Source: Selaginella moellendorffii (Eukaryota > Plantae > Lycopodiophyta). Taken from it: a DNA stretch of 64,000 nucleotides. The stretch's first letter is position 1; each line of letters opens with the position of its first letter. The notes under the pieces are model-generated. The model worked only from the letters and a program-made list of their open reading frames with translations, was not told the origin of the DNA and made no database searches. This document shows positions 36,711 to 46,618 of the stretch, piece by piece. Location of the stretch: contig NW_003314261.1 in assembly GCF_000143415.4 (NCBI RefSeq), positions 496,001 to 560,000 of the forward strand, written 5' to 3'. Both the position numbers and the translations under genes were made by a program.

Positions 36711-37081
36711 CTACGCAATCTCAATCCTGAGTCTCTTGATACCAAGCATGACATTGTTGTAGAGCTTCTTGGCTCTCTCGGCATCACTTCGGCGTGCGAA
36801 GACGACCTCCGCTGTTCCCTGAGAGATGGATCGGTTTGGATAGTAAGATATGTGCAGTTTTGATTTGGACTTACTCTTGAGTTTCCCAGTTTATCGCGGT
36901 GCACCCTCCAACTCTTCAGTTCTCCTATTTCAGAAAAGAGTTCCTGAACAAAGAGTGTGTCCTTGTTAAAGAAGAGAGAAAGTTAAAAATTTGGAGAAAC
37001 CTGGAGGTCCTCGTTGGTGGCGTACTCGTCGAGATTGGAAATGTAGATCTTGTTTCCAATCTCGAGATCAATCACGTCCAT
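36711..37081 (-). CDS. ALY/THO4-like RRM protein (RRM only, ~85 aa, 3 exons)
   Basis: KIYISNLDEYATNEDLQ|ELFSEIGELKSWRVHRDKLGNSR|GTAEVVFARRSDAERAKKLYNNVMLG, joined in frame by GT-AG introns. Confidence 0.7.
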
Positions 37082-37196
37082 AGTGGGCGTGCCTGTGTGT
37101 GTTGTAGGAAGACGGAGGTTGAGATGAGAATGCTGCCCTAACCGTCGTGCCTTGTCACATCCTGACTTGTCGTGGAGAAGATTGTTCACACCTAAG

Positions 37197-37400
37197 GAAA
37201 GGTTAGCAGCAATCTCTCTATGCTTGTCATGAGAAATTTTACAGGATGCACAAGTTTTAGAAGAGAACAGCGATGTTCTAGAAGAGAACACATCGCTGCT
37301 CTTTGGAGAACGTCAAGTTTCTAAGTGAGGTGTGTTTACTTTTACTTCTAGAGGTGAACAAGCAGTCTATCTCGTCAAGTGTCTCGTCCAGTGCCATTTT
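37197..37400 (+). pseudogene. Decayed partial duplicate of Abitram-like exons
   Basis: aaaggttagcagca..caggatgcacaagttttagaagagaa..acttctagaggtgaac matches 33447-33740. Confidence 0.7.
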
Positions 37401-37470
37401 TTAAATCGCTAGATCAAGACGAATTATTTTGGGCTGTAGAGCTTATAAAAAACTTTAAAGACTAAAATTT

Positions 37471-37543
37471 TTCCGTTGCCGGGAATTGAACCCGGGTCTT
37501 TCGGGTGAGAGCCGAATATCCTGACCAACTAGACTACAACGGA
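37471..37543 (-). tRNA. tRNA-Glu(CTC)
   Basis: TCCGTTGTAGTCTAGTTGGTCAGGATATTCGGCTCTCACCCGAAAGACCCGGGTTCAATTCCCGGCAACGGAA; complete cloverleaf with downstream TTTT. Confidence 0.95.
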
Positions 37544-37615
37544 TGGATGAATGTTAGAGAGGATATCCATTTCCAGGGATTTAAACATCCCGGCCTAGCG
37601 AGATAGGGTTCTTGT

Positions 37616-39852
37616 ATGGCCACGACGAGCGCATTGCCGTTGTGGAGCTCGGCGATCTCCAATCGGCGACGGGGAGGACGGCGCTTGCGTGAGATAAGAG
37701 CTGAGAGGCAGGAAATCGATAAGAAGAAGAAGGTGATTGTAGTGGGAGCTGGATGGGCGGGCTTGGGCGCCGCGCACCATCTCCTCAAACAAGTGAGTGG
37801 AATCTTTTTTGTTGCAAAGGGATTATAGATGAAAATGCAGGGCTTTGATGTTACATTGATTGAGGCCGGAGCTCAACCTGGAGGATTGGTTGCTGGATGG
37901 AAAACTGCGTCGGGGCGATCGGTGGAAGTTGGAATTCATGGTAAAGATTTCCTGGTTTTCCTTTCGAAAGCTTTCTTCTTTCGACCAGGATTTTGGTACC
38001 CATACAAGAATATTTTCTCACTGGTTGATGAGCTCGGACTCAAGCCTTTTACAAAGTGGACACGCTCTTCACAGTATTCTCCCAATGGTTTGGAGGTAAA
38101 CTAGCATCCTTTTCTGTTTTCTTAGATTTCTTTGTTAGATTTTTAGTTTTTTGCTTGTTCTTTGACAGGTTGAGTCTCCAATATTTCAAGACCTTCCTCG
38201 TTTGCCAAGTCCCTTGGGCACATTTGTATACACTCAGGTTTCTTCATAACCGTTTGAGGTAGTTTGAATTCCTGATCATTCCGTGACGTGATATGCATTG
38301 GAAATGTTCGCAGTTCCTCAGGCTTCCGCTTTGGGACCGATTGACTGCGCTTCCACTCATGTATACGGTGGTAGATTTCGACAACAGCGACCGTGCCTGG
38401 AGAAAATACGATAAAAGTGAGTGAAATTTCTACTTTGCAAACGATGCAAAATCTTAAAGGTCGTGTTGTTAGCAACCGCTCGTGAGCTCTTTCGTAACTA
38501 TGGTTGCTCGGAACGAGTGTACAAGGATGCCTTCAACCCAATGCTTCTAGTTGGACTTTTCGCGCCTGGAGAACAATGCAGCGCCGCAGCCACACTCGGA
38601 ATGCTCTACTATTTCATTCTTGCGCATCAGGTTTGTTGGTTTTGTTAAAACTCGTGAAAAGTTCTCACAGTTCATGTTTATCTTATTATTTGCAGTCGGA
38701 CTTTGACGTTGTTTGGTGCCGTGGAACAGTTGGAGAAAAAATCTTCAAGCCATGGCTGGAGGTGCTAAATGCACGAGGATGCCGCTTTTTAAGTGGCAAA
38801 AAAGTGACAGATTTGACAATCAACGAGCCTACTGGGGAAGTTAGTGGAGTGAGGTGTGGGAACGAGCTGTTCAATGCCGATGCAGTTATTTTCTCCGTCG
38901 GTGTCACGGCAATGCAACGCATTGTCGAGTCCAGGTAGAAGACCAGTATTTTGTGGTTCATATATTGATATAGTTGTTTGGTCGTGGCTACAGTCCTGCG
39001 TTGCAACAGAGCGAGGAGTTTCTGGACATACAAAACCTTGGAGCTATAGATATCCTTGGCGTTCGGCTCTGGCTTGATCGTAAGGTATTGACATAGTTTC
39101 TTCTTTTACTGCAAAATAATTTTGTTTGTCAGGTTGATATAAATCATCCCAGCAATGCTTGTTTCGGATTTGATGAAACTACAGGGTGGACTTTCTTTGA
39201 TCTCAATGCCTTGCACGACGAGTACAAGGACGAAAAAGGAACTGTTGTGGAAGCCGACTTTGTAAGTTTTGATAAGTCATTCCTGCTGGTTAATGTGTAT
39301 TTTGTCCAATTTGCAGTATCATGCCAATCAGTTTCTGCCCCTGAGCGACGACCAGATCGTGAAAAAGGTGATGACTTACCTTGCAAAGTGCATTCCAGAA
39401 TTCGCAGCAGCAGAAGTTGTCGATCAAGCAGTGGTCCGCTTCCGGAAAGCCGTGACACATTTCTCTCCAGGTACGAGAGAAGCTGTTTTTAATTTTGCGA
39501 GCTCAAAAGATATGACTTGTGGATGTTCAAAGGCTCGTACCAACATATGATGCGAGGAACCACAAGCTTTCCAAACCTGTTTATGGCCGGTGACTGGATC
39601 ATCACCCGGCACGGCTCCTGGTCTCAGGTACTCTGGATTCCGTGGTGCTTTCAAGATGTAACCAAAACTTTGTCATTGTAGGAGAAAGCATATGTGACGG
39701 GGCTTGAGGCTGCAAACAACGTTGTCAAGCTGTTGAATCAAGGAAAAGCTGCAAAGATCATACCAGTGGAGCCAGACGAAGCACACATCACTGAGCTACG
39801 CCGGATCAGTACGCTTGTCCAAGAATCAAAATTCATTCATTTATTAAATTAA
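37616..39852 (+). CDS. Plastid-type FAD-dependent amine oxidase/carotene desaturase-like oxidoreductase (multi-exon)
   Basis: Transit-like N-terminus, VVGAGWAGLGAA Rossmann motif, PGGL, FMAGDW..HGSWSQEKAYVTGLEAAN. Confidence 0.85.
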
Positions 39853-39942
39853 AAACGGTGAAATCCAAGTGTGACAAGGTTCATTTTTCTAAACGTGTTT
39901 AAAATTTATAGACTTCCATAAATTAAATTGTAAATCATCAAA

Positions 39943-40009
39943 GGAGATGTAGTGGTTCATCACAATTTGACATTTCAAAAGTGACTGGGTTCAATTCCTA
40001 GCATCTCCA
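39943..40009 (+). ncRNA. Compact tRNA-like cloverleaf followed by T11
   Basis: Acceptor GGAGATG/CATCTCC+A, T-arm CTGGG-TTCAATT-CCTAG, 3-bp D-stem, 5-bp anticodon stem with only a 4-nt loop. Confidence 0.55.
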
Positions 40010-40108
40010 TTTTTTTTTTTATATATTTCAGGGTATTCAATCTAACGGTTTAGATTAGTTGTGTTCTTTGGTCTTTGGGAAACTCAAATAAATATTATCA
40101 CACACGCA

Positions 40109-41934
40109 TTATTTGGATATTATGCGTCCCAGTGCTGGAACGCTGCAAAGTAGCGAGCAAAACGTTCCCATGAGGATGTAAGCGACGGCACAAAGCGGGA
40201 GCAAATCCGGCTCTCCCGCAGCGACTGACGCCGATCCATAGCCATGAGAACTAAACCGAGAAATCATCACAAACGTTAGAAACGATGCAAGAGTTTTCTT
40301 ATTCTTACCTGCAAGCAGCTGAGAGTCCTCGCACCACCGGATCATCGGACTTTGTAGCTTTGAGAAGAAGCGGCCTCGAAAGATTAGCTCCCAAAATGCC
40401 AGTCAATACACAACACGATACAACCAGCGAAGGATTTGCTGCATGGAAACAGACAAAGAAAATATCAGTCATCGAAATTACGTCAGACACGCTCGTCTCA
40501 CCTTGTAAGAGATTGCCTACCGGCAATGCAAATGCAAACGTTACGTTGCTCGGAGCAACCGAGTTTATGAGCTGAGAGCTGAGATCCAGTGCACGACCAG
40601 CGTACGTCGTGATAAGCACAGAAACCATACCAGCCACCGATACCACTGAGGCCAGCTCAATTCCATGCCGAACAATAATCTAAGCGAAACAGGAAAACAG
40701 TCAGGAACAAATGCTAGCAAAAGCACAAAAGTATTACTCTGCGTTGCCGGTAGAGCAAGAATCCGTATGATATAGCTAGGGGTCCAACAAAGGCTAGAAG
40801 AACATCCCCAGCACCTGGATCCTTGAGATTATTCGTGATGTACGAACCTGGAATTTGCACATTCGAAACAAGGAGAAACAAAAAGATGAGACAACTTACC
40901 GAGCACGGATAGAAACTGCTTCTCGGTTGCGATGGAGAAGAAAAGTGCGGCAGCATTTACAAAGATGGCACACGTAATGACTGGATGAAGGAATCTCTTT
41001 ACTGGGCCTGGAAGACTTCAAACAGAGAAAGGAACTTACTATCAAAAAATGTAATAACAAAATCGGAAAGAATTATACTCACAAGGAACCAAGAAGAAAT
41101 CCCACCACAGTCGACGACAGTAGAAACGGGATCAAAGTCCTTGCAGGAGAGCCTAGCAAAGTTGGCGAGACGTAAACCAGAATGAAGCCAGCAGCTCCAA
41201 TTGCTAGCCATGGTATCGCTTCCCATATGCTAAAAGGAGCCAAAGAGATCCCGCTTGGAGCTTCCTCAAGCCTCGCCTTGGCATATCTCCGGACAAGAGT
41301 GGTAAAGAGAGTCGTGACTGTGAGTGTCCCAGCCCACGAAAAAACTACGAGCAAAGAACAAAGAACAAAGAACAAACCATCAGAGAAAGAAAGAAGAAAA
41401 ACGAAGAACAACGTTACCAGTCAAAAGAACCACTTTGATCCCATCCATGACTTGGAGGCTCTTGGCTCCCGCCGGTAGCATCGCCAGAGCTGGTGCATAA
41501 AAGAGCGGCATCCATCTCTGGACAAACTCCACCGAGGGGAAGAAGAAAGAATTCACCCCGCTGCAAGCATCTGGCGCGAGTCGATCCAGCAGCAGCAGTG
41601 CTGCCACGAGCGAGATCATCCCTAGCGAGGCGCTCGGGAGATTCTTGGCCGCTGCCGGCATTCCACTCCATCTGAGAGCGCCGGCCACGGCCCTGTCCCA
41701 GCTCACGAGAAATCCCAGCCCTAGCGCTACCTGGAATGGAGACTGGAGCTTGCCCTGACCGGAGATTTGCTCTGTGAGATCCGCGTCAAATGCCGCCCTG
41801 ATCGATGGCGCCCTCCTCGCGCGGACCGAGATCTGGCTCCTCCATAGCCGCCTCTTGTGTGGATCGATCGATGGAATGGAGCGCGCGGCGTTCTTCCAAG
41901 GAAGAACGCCACAGCACAAAATTCCTCTCTCCAT
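40109..41934 (-). CDS. PLGG1: LrgB-family plastid glycolate/glycerate translocator (multi-exon)
   Basis: PSASLGM, FVQRWMPLFYAPAL, PGAGDVLLAFVGP..SYGF, VLTGILGAN, DDPVVRGLSAA, SHGYGSAS..EPDLLPLCAVAY. Confidence 0.85.
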
Positions 41935-42072
41935 TCCCGCCCTTCATTCTCGTGACACGTGTTATGACAAGGATATCCTCGAGCATATACCTTGTGCAAA
42001 GCCCTAAGGAATATTTTCTGAATAATACCTTCTTGAGAATATTCTTGATCTTGGCTGGAATGATGCTTTTGG

Positions 42073-43716
42073 ATGCTCAAGAGAGGAGCTAGGGTTCTTG
42101 ATCGGTCGGAGGAAGCTCGTAGCTACTCGGCGCTCGAGGCAGCAGTACGGCGATGTCTCGCGACGCGCGATCTAGAGGCGGGCCGGCGCGTGCACGGCGC
42201 CATCGCCGCCAGGGGCTTGGATCGAGACAGGTACCTTGGAAATCTCCTGGTGGAGATGTATGGCAAATGCGGCCGCGTCGGCGATGCTCTAGCGGTGTTC
42301 CACGGCATCCACGCCCCAAATGTCTTCTCCTGGAACAACATCCTCACGGCATTCTCTCGGAATGGCGCTGAGCAGCGCGCGATCGAGTTCTTGTCGAGAA
42401 TGCAGCAGCTCGGCGAGAGGCCGGATAGAATCACCTTCCTCCTCGTCCTGGATTGCTGCGCGAGCTGCAAGGATGGGACGAGAGGCAAGCAATTCCACTG
42501 CTTGATCGAGGAAAGCTTGGAAGACTACCACGTTTCTCTCAAGAACGCTCTCATCCACATGTACTCTAGCTGTGGATTCCTGGGCCGGGCAAAGGAGATC
42601 TTCGATGGGTGTGGCGAGAGAGATGTGGTTACCTGGAGCTCCATGATCGCAGCCTACTGCGAGAACAGGCATTACGATCGCGCCATGAAGATGCTCCAGG
42701 GAATGGATTTACTGGGCGAGAAGCCGAGCTTTGTGACTCACATCACCCTTCTAGATGCCTGTGCTGGGCTCGGGCAGTACGAGAAAGGAGTGATGATCCA
42801 CAGAAGAATTCTGGAAGCTGGCCACGAGATGGAGCTCAATCTCGCCAATGCGGTCTTGAGTATGTATGGAAGGTTTGGAGACATCGCAAGAGCCAAGGAA
42901 GTTTTCGATCGGATGAGCGAGAGGAACTTGGTGTCCTGGAACGCGATGATCGCTGCAAATGCCCAGAATGGGCGTTCTCTGGAAGCACTCAAGATCTTCC
43001 AGAGGCTCGACTTTGAAGGGCTCAAGCCGTCCAAGGTGACGTTCCTGAGCTTGCTGGAAGCCTGCGCCGGATCTTCTTCTCCAGATCACGGCAAGTTCCT
43101 CCACGATCGCGTGGAAGCTGCTGGATTCCTCTCGGACACTGTCTTGGCGAATGCATTGATCAACACCCACGGCAGATCTGGGAGCCTGGCTCGAGCAAGG
43201 GAGGTGTTTGATCGAATCCAGCGTAGAAGCGTGAGCTCCTGGTCGACCATGATCGAAGTACACGCGCAGCGAGGAGAATCCACCAAGGTGTTGGAGCTTT
43301 TCACGTCCATGATCCTCGAAGGCTTCGATCCCAGCGACGTTACCTTCATCAGCGTCTTGGGCGCTTGCAGCCACGCCGGCCTCGCGAGCAAGAGCTGGGA
43401 ATACTTCAGGATGATGGTCGAGGACTTTGGGATTGATCCGGTCGACGAGCACTACGGCTGCGTGATCGACGTGTTTGGGCGAGTGGGATGGCTGGACGAA
43501 GCTATCGCGTTTGCTTCCAACAGCGCGATCCAGAGCAGTAGCGTCGCGTGGACGATGCTCTTGGCTGCTGCCAAGACCCATGGCGATGAAGAACGAGGCG
43601 GCCAAGCTGCTCGCCGGGCAGTGGAGATCAATCCAGACGCTCAAACTTGCTACATTCTTCTTTCCAATCTCTATACTGAGCCAGCCAATGCTAGTGGCTT
43701 TGCACTGGTGGATTGA
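42073..43716 (+). CDS. PLS-class PPR protein (E subclass)
   Basis: 547-aa ORF with MYGKCG, SWNAMI, GACSHAG and HYGCVIDVFGRVG motifs. Confidence 0.9.
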   Translation: MLKRGARVLDRSEEARSYSALEAAVRRCLATRDLEAGRRVHGAIAARGLDRDRYLGNLLVEMYGKCGRVGDALAVFHGIHAPNVFSWNNILTAFSRNGAEQRAIEFLSRMQQLGERPDRITFLLVLDCCASCKDGTRGKQFHCLIEESLEDYHVSLKNALIHMYSSCGFLGRAKEIFDGCGERDVVTWSSMIAAYCENRHYDRAMKMLQGMDLLGEKPSFVTHITLLDACAGLGQYEKGVMIHRRILEAGHEMELNLANAVLSMYGRFGDIARAKEVFDRMSERNLVSWNAMIAANAQNGRSLEALKIFQRLDFEGLKPSKVTFLSLLEACAGSSSPDHGKFLHDRVEAAGFLSDTVLANALINTHGRSGSLARAREVFDRIQRRSVSSWSTMIEVHAQRGESTKVLELFTSMILEGFDPSDVTFISVLGACSHAGLASKSWEYFRMMVEDFGIDPVDEHYGCVIDVFGRVGWLDEAIAFASNSAIQSSSVAWTMLLAAAKTHGDEERGGQAARRAVEINPDAQTCYILLSNLYTEPANASGFALVD

Positions 43717-43779
43717 CCGAGAAGACGCTGATTCTTTGATCGTAAGACAATAATTCTTCTTGATTTTTTTTATCTGGCT

Positions 43780-43901
43780 TGTGCCAGCTGGTCTAATGGG
43801 ATTTTGACACGTGCTCTCTTTGTGCCAGCTGGATCAATAGTAATTTGGCACGTATTCTCTTTTTATATGCCAGCTGGACTAATAGTGTTCAAACACGTAT
43901 T
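43780..43901. repeat. Three degenerate ~41-45 bp tandem units containing GCCAGCTGG and CACGT
   Basis: tgtgccagctgg at 43780 and 43821; tatgccagctgg at 43866. Confidence 0.7.
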
Positions 43902-44698
43902 TACTCTGGATCAATGGGATTTGTACGCGTGTTCTCGTCGTCTCTCTCCTTCCCGCTTGCGAGAAGTTCCAGGCGCCTGAGGCATGCCTTGAAGAACATT
44001 CCCATGTAATCTGCCATGCCCTCTTCGGAGCTGTCCTCCATCGCCCTCACCTCGTACACCCAATTCACCAGCGTGGTGTCATCGCCGAAATCGTTGAGCT
44101 GGAGCGTGGCGCGGTACCCCTCCAGCCCAATGTTGCTCTCCTCCACCTCATACGTGTAGTAGTGATTCTCCGCGTCGAATTCCACCAGCTTCTCGATCGC
44201 CCACGACTGGATGTTGTCGATCCGGGGGAGGATATCGCCGGAAATTCGCCTCCGGCTGCCGGTTATACCATCGCCCGGATCGATCTCCACGCACTCCTCG
44301 ATCATGGGCATCCAGCGAGAGATTCCGCACCTCTCGGAAGAGATCTCCCACACTTTGGCGATTGGTGCCTCAATTACCAGCCGGACACCTCCCTGCCACA
44401 ACGCTACCGAGGAAGAATCGGCCAATTGCGATGGCGACGACGTCGAGCACTCATTCATCGAGGCATCGCGTTCGTCCAGTAGCAAATTCGATCCATTTTG
44501 TCCAGACTTTGGATGATCGTCGAGGAAGAACTCATCGTCGTCGGGGATTTGCTGGCGGTGGTTCTGCTGCTCGAGAGAATTCGTGAGCAATAACACACTC
44601 TCCAGAGAATTCTCTACCTTGAGGAGCTCCACTTGGAAATCGGACAGCACTGAATCCACGCTTGCTCGTCGGCTCGGTGAAGTAGCAGGCTCCGCCAT
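43901..44698 (-). CDS. SRPBCC/Bet v1-fold polyketide cyclase-like (lachrymatory-factor synthase-like) protein
   Basis: WQGGVRLVIEAPIAKVW..RWMPMIEEC..WAIEKLVEFD..YTYEVEESNIGLEGYRATL. Confidence 0.8.
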   Translation of the reverse strand: MAEPATSPSRRASVDSVLSDFQVELLKVENSLESVLLLTNSLEQQNHRQQIPDDDEFFLDDHPKSGQNGSNLLLDERDASMNECSTSSPSQLADSSSVALWQGGVRLVIEAPIAKVWEISSERCGISRWMPMIEECVEIDPGDGITGSRRRISGDILPRIDNIQSWAIEKLVEFDAENHYYTYEVEESNIGLEGYRATLQLNDFGDDTTLVNWVYEVRAMEDSSEEGMADYMGMFFKACLRRLELLASGKERDDENTRTNPIDPE

Positions 44699-45093
44699 GA
44701 TCTTATGTCCAGACTTTAGATTCCGTGGAAATTAAAGATCTGGCCATGACTGCCGTGCGTGTTCTTCCCGAAATCCAAACGCGATCCATCGTTGCCCAAT
44801 CCAAAGCGGCTGCGAAACCAGTGGCTCAAGAAATGGAGGAGTGGAAAATATGCGCGGAAGAAGAATTAAATGCATGTTTTTGGCGAGGATGAAGGGGACA
44901 CCACGACGACCGAGGCCACTTCTTTGGACGATAGTAAAGCCTGGAGCACGTAACGACGATTTAAACGTAGGGTCAGCTTTTTTAGGACTAGGTTCTATGG
45001 CGAAGCAAACTTATGCCTAGAACACAGGTTTCGGATGATCCGGGTTTTGTTCAACCTTTCAATGCAGAGTATATTTGAGGGCGGTAGGGCAGA

Positions 45094-46026
45094 ATGGAGG
45101 TTGTGGAGGACAGGCGCGTCAGAGTGTTGTGCTTCCAAGACGAGGGCTTCAGGAGCACAATGGAGGACGCTCACTCTGTAGCGGCATGCGCCGGGGGCAA
45201 CGCCTCGTTGATAGGTGTGTATGACGGACACGGCGGGGATCAAGTGGCACGCTTCTGCGCTGGCAGCATGAGCACCATCCTGGGCTGCAATCAGGCTTTC
45301 CGGGACGGCGACTATGCGAGGAGCTTGCATCAGGTTTTCATGGAGGCAGATTCACGGGCTCCAGATGCTGACGACTGTGGGAGTACCGCGACCGTGGCTC
45401 TGGTTACTGATGACAACCAGGTTTTTCTTGGCAATGTTGGCGATTCTTTCTGCTGCTTGTTTGTGGATGGGTACGTGATGGATATCAGCCAGGAGCATGA
45501 CTGCAAGTGTCCTGGGGAGCTAGACAGGGTCGTCAAGGCGGGTGGCTATGTGGAGAGGGGCTCAAAGGGACGCATAACTTTGGCTGGCAAAGAAGACGAT
45601 GTCGATTCGCTCATGGTGACCCGCAGCATTGGGGATTGGTCGTTCAAGAGCAATCCGCAGCTGAGTCGAGAAGAACAAGCTGTGAGTGCTGTTCCGGACA
45701 TTGTCAACTTTGACATTTCCAAAGGCTGCCACTTCCTTATTCTTGCTTCTGATGGAGTGGATAAAAACAGCATAGACGATTACCATTGTGGACAGATTCG
45801 GAAGGCGTTGCAGGCCAGAGACTACGAACAACTGAAGCAGGTTGTGTACAAGATCTTATCGTCTTCAAAGAACGACAACCAAACGCTGCTCTTGGTCGAG
45901 TTGAAGGCAGCGGCTAAGCAACAAGTTCATTCATCGCCTTCATTCACAACGTCTAGTTGGTACACGAATCCGACCTTGTATCAAGGAGCTACCATGGTCA
46001 CGAATGTCCCTGCATCAAAACCATAA
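45094..46026 (+). CDS. Protein phosphatase 2C (PPM), intronless
   Basis: RSTMEDAH, VYDGHGG, GSTA, NVGDS, TRSIGD, LILASDG and DN motifs. Confidence 0.9.
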   Translation: MEVVEDRRVRVLCFQDEGFRSTMEDAHSVAACAGGNASLIGVYDGHGGDQVARFCAGSMSTILGCNQAFRDGDYARSLHQVFMEADSRAPDADDCGSTATVALVTDDNQVFLGNVGDSFCCLFVDGYVMDISQEHDCKCPGELDRVVKAGGYVERGSKGRITLAGKEDDVDSLMVTRSIGDWSFKSNPQLSREEQAVSAVPDIVNFDISKGCHFLILASDGVDKNSIDDYHCGQIRKALQARDYEQLKQVVYKILSSSKNDNQTLLLVELKAAAKQQVHSSPSFTTSSWYTNPTLYQGATMVTNVPASKP

Positions 46027-46618
46027 AACCAGATGCCTATATGTTTCGTGCACCAAATATACCAGTATATACCTAAATATAATCTAGATTACTAAGCTTT
46101 AAAACATTAAGTTTTAGTGTAATAGAAAAGTTGTTTATATATGAGTTAATAATCATCTTGCAAATCTATTTTAAAAACACATATTGTGAGTGTATACATA
46201 AATGTACATATCAATTAACGCAAAAACTTTAACTTCTATACAAGAGTAAATGGTCTAGATTAATATAATAGCTACCAATCATATACCAAAATCACTCTAT
46301 TTTTCTTTACCCTTTACCTTTTTTTTTTTTCTGAAAGTCCAATTTCAAGAGATAGAAATGCAGAATATGCTACCAAATTATATTCAAAATAACCCTTGGA
46401 ACATCGTGGGCTCATAAAACGACACAACACAAAGCTCCAAATATCCCAGCCGTTCAAACAGCGCGGGGGGAATGCCGAAGAACACGACGACTTGGCCCAT
46501 CCCAACTTCCAAAGCAAAGAAAGAGGAGCCAAAGGAGCAAGTTTGCGCTGTGCCGTGCTTGCATGCTTGCTAGTCGCATGGTGGAAACAGTGGCAGCTTT
46601 CGCGGATCATCGTCAGCC

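Noticed and set aside
43901-44698. PYR/PYL ABA receptor call
   Set aside because: Gate (SGLPA) and latch (HRL) motifs are absent.
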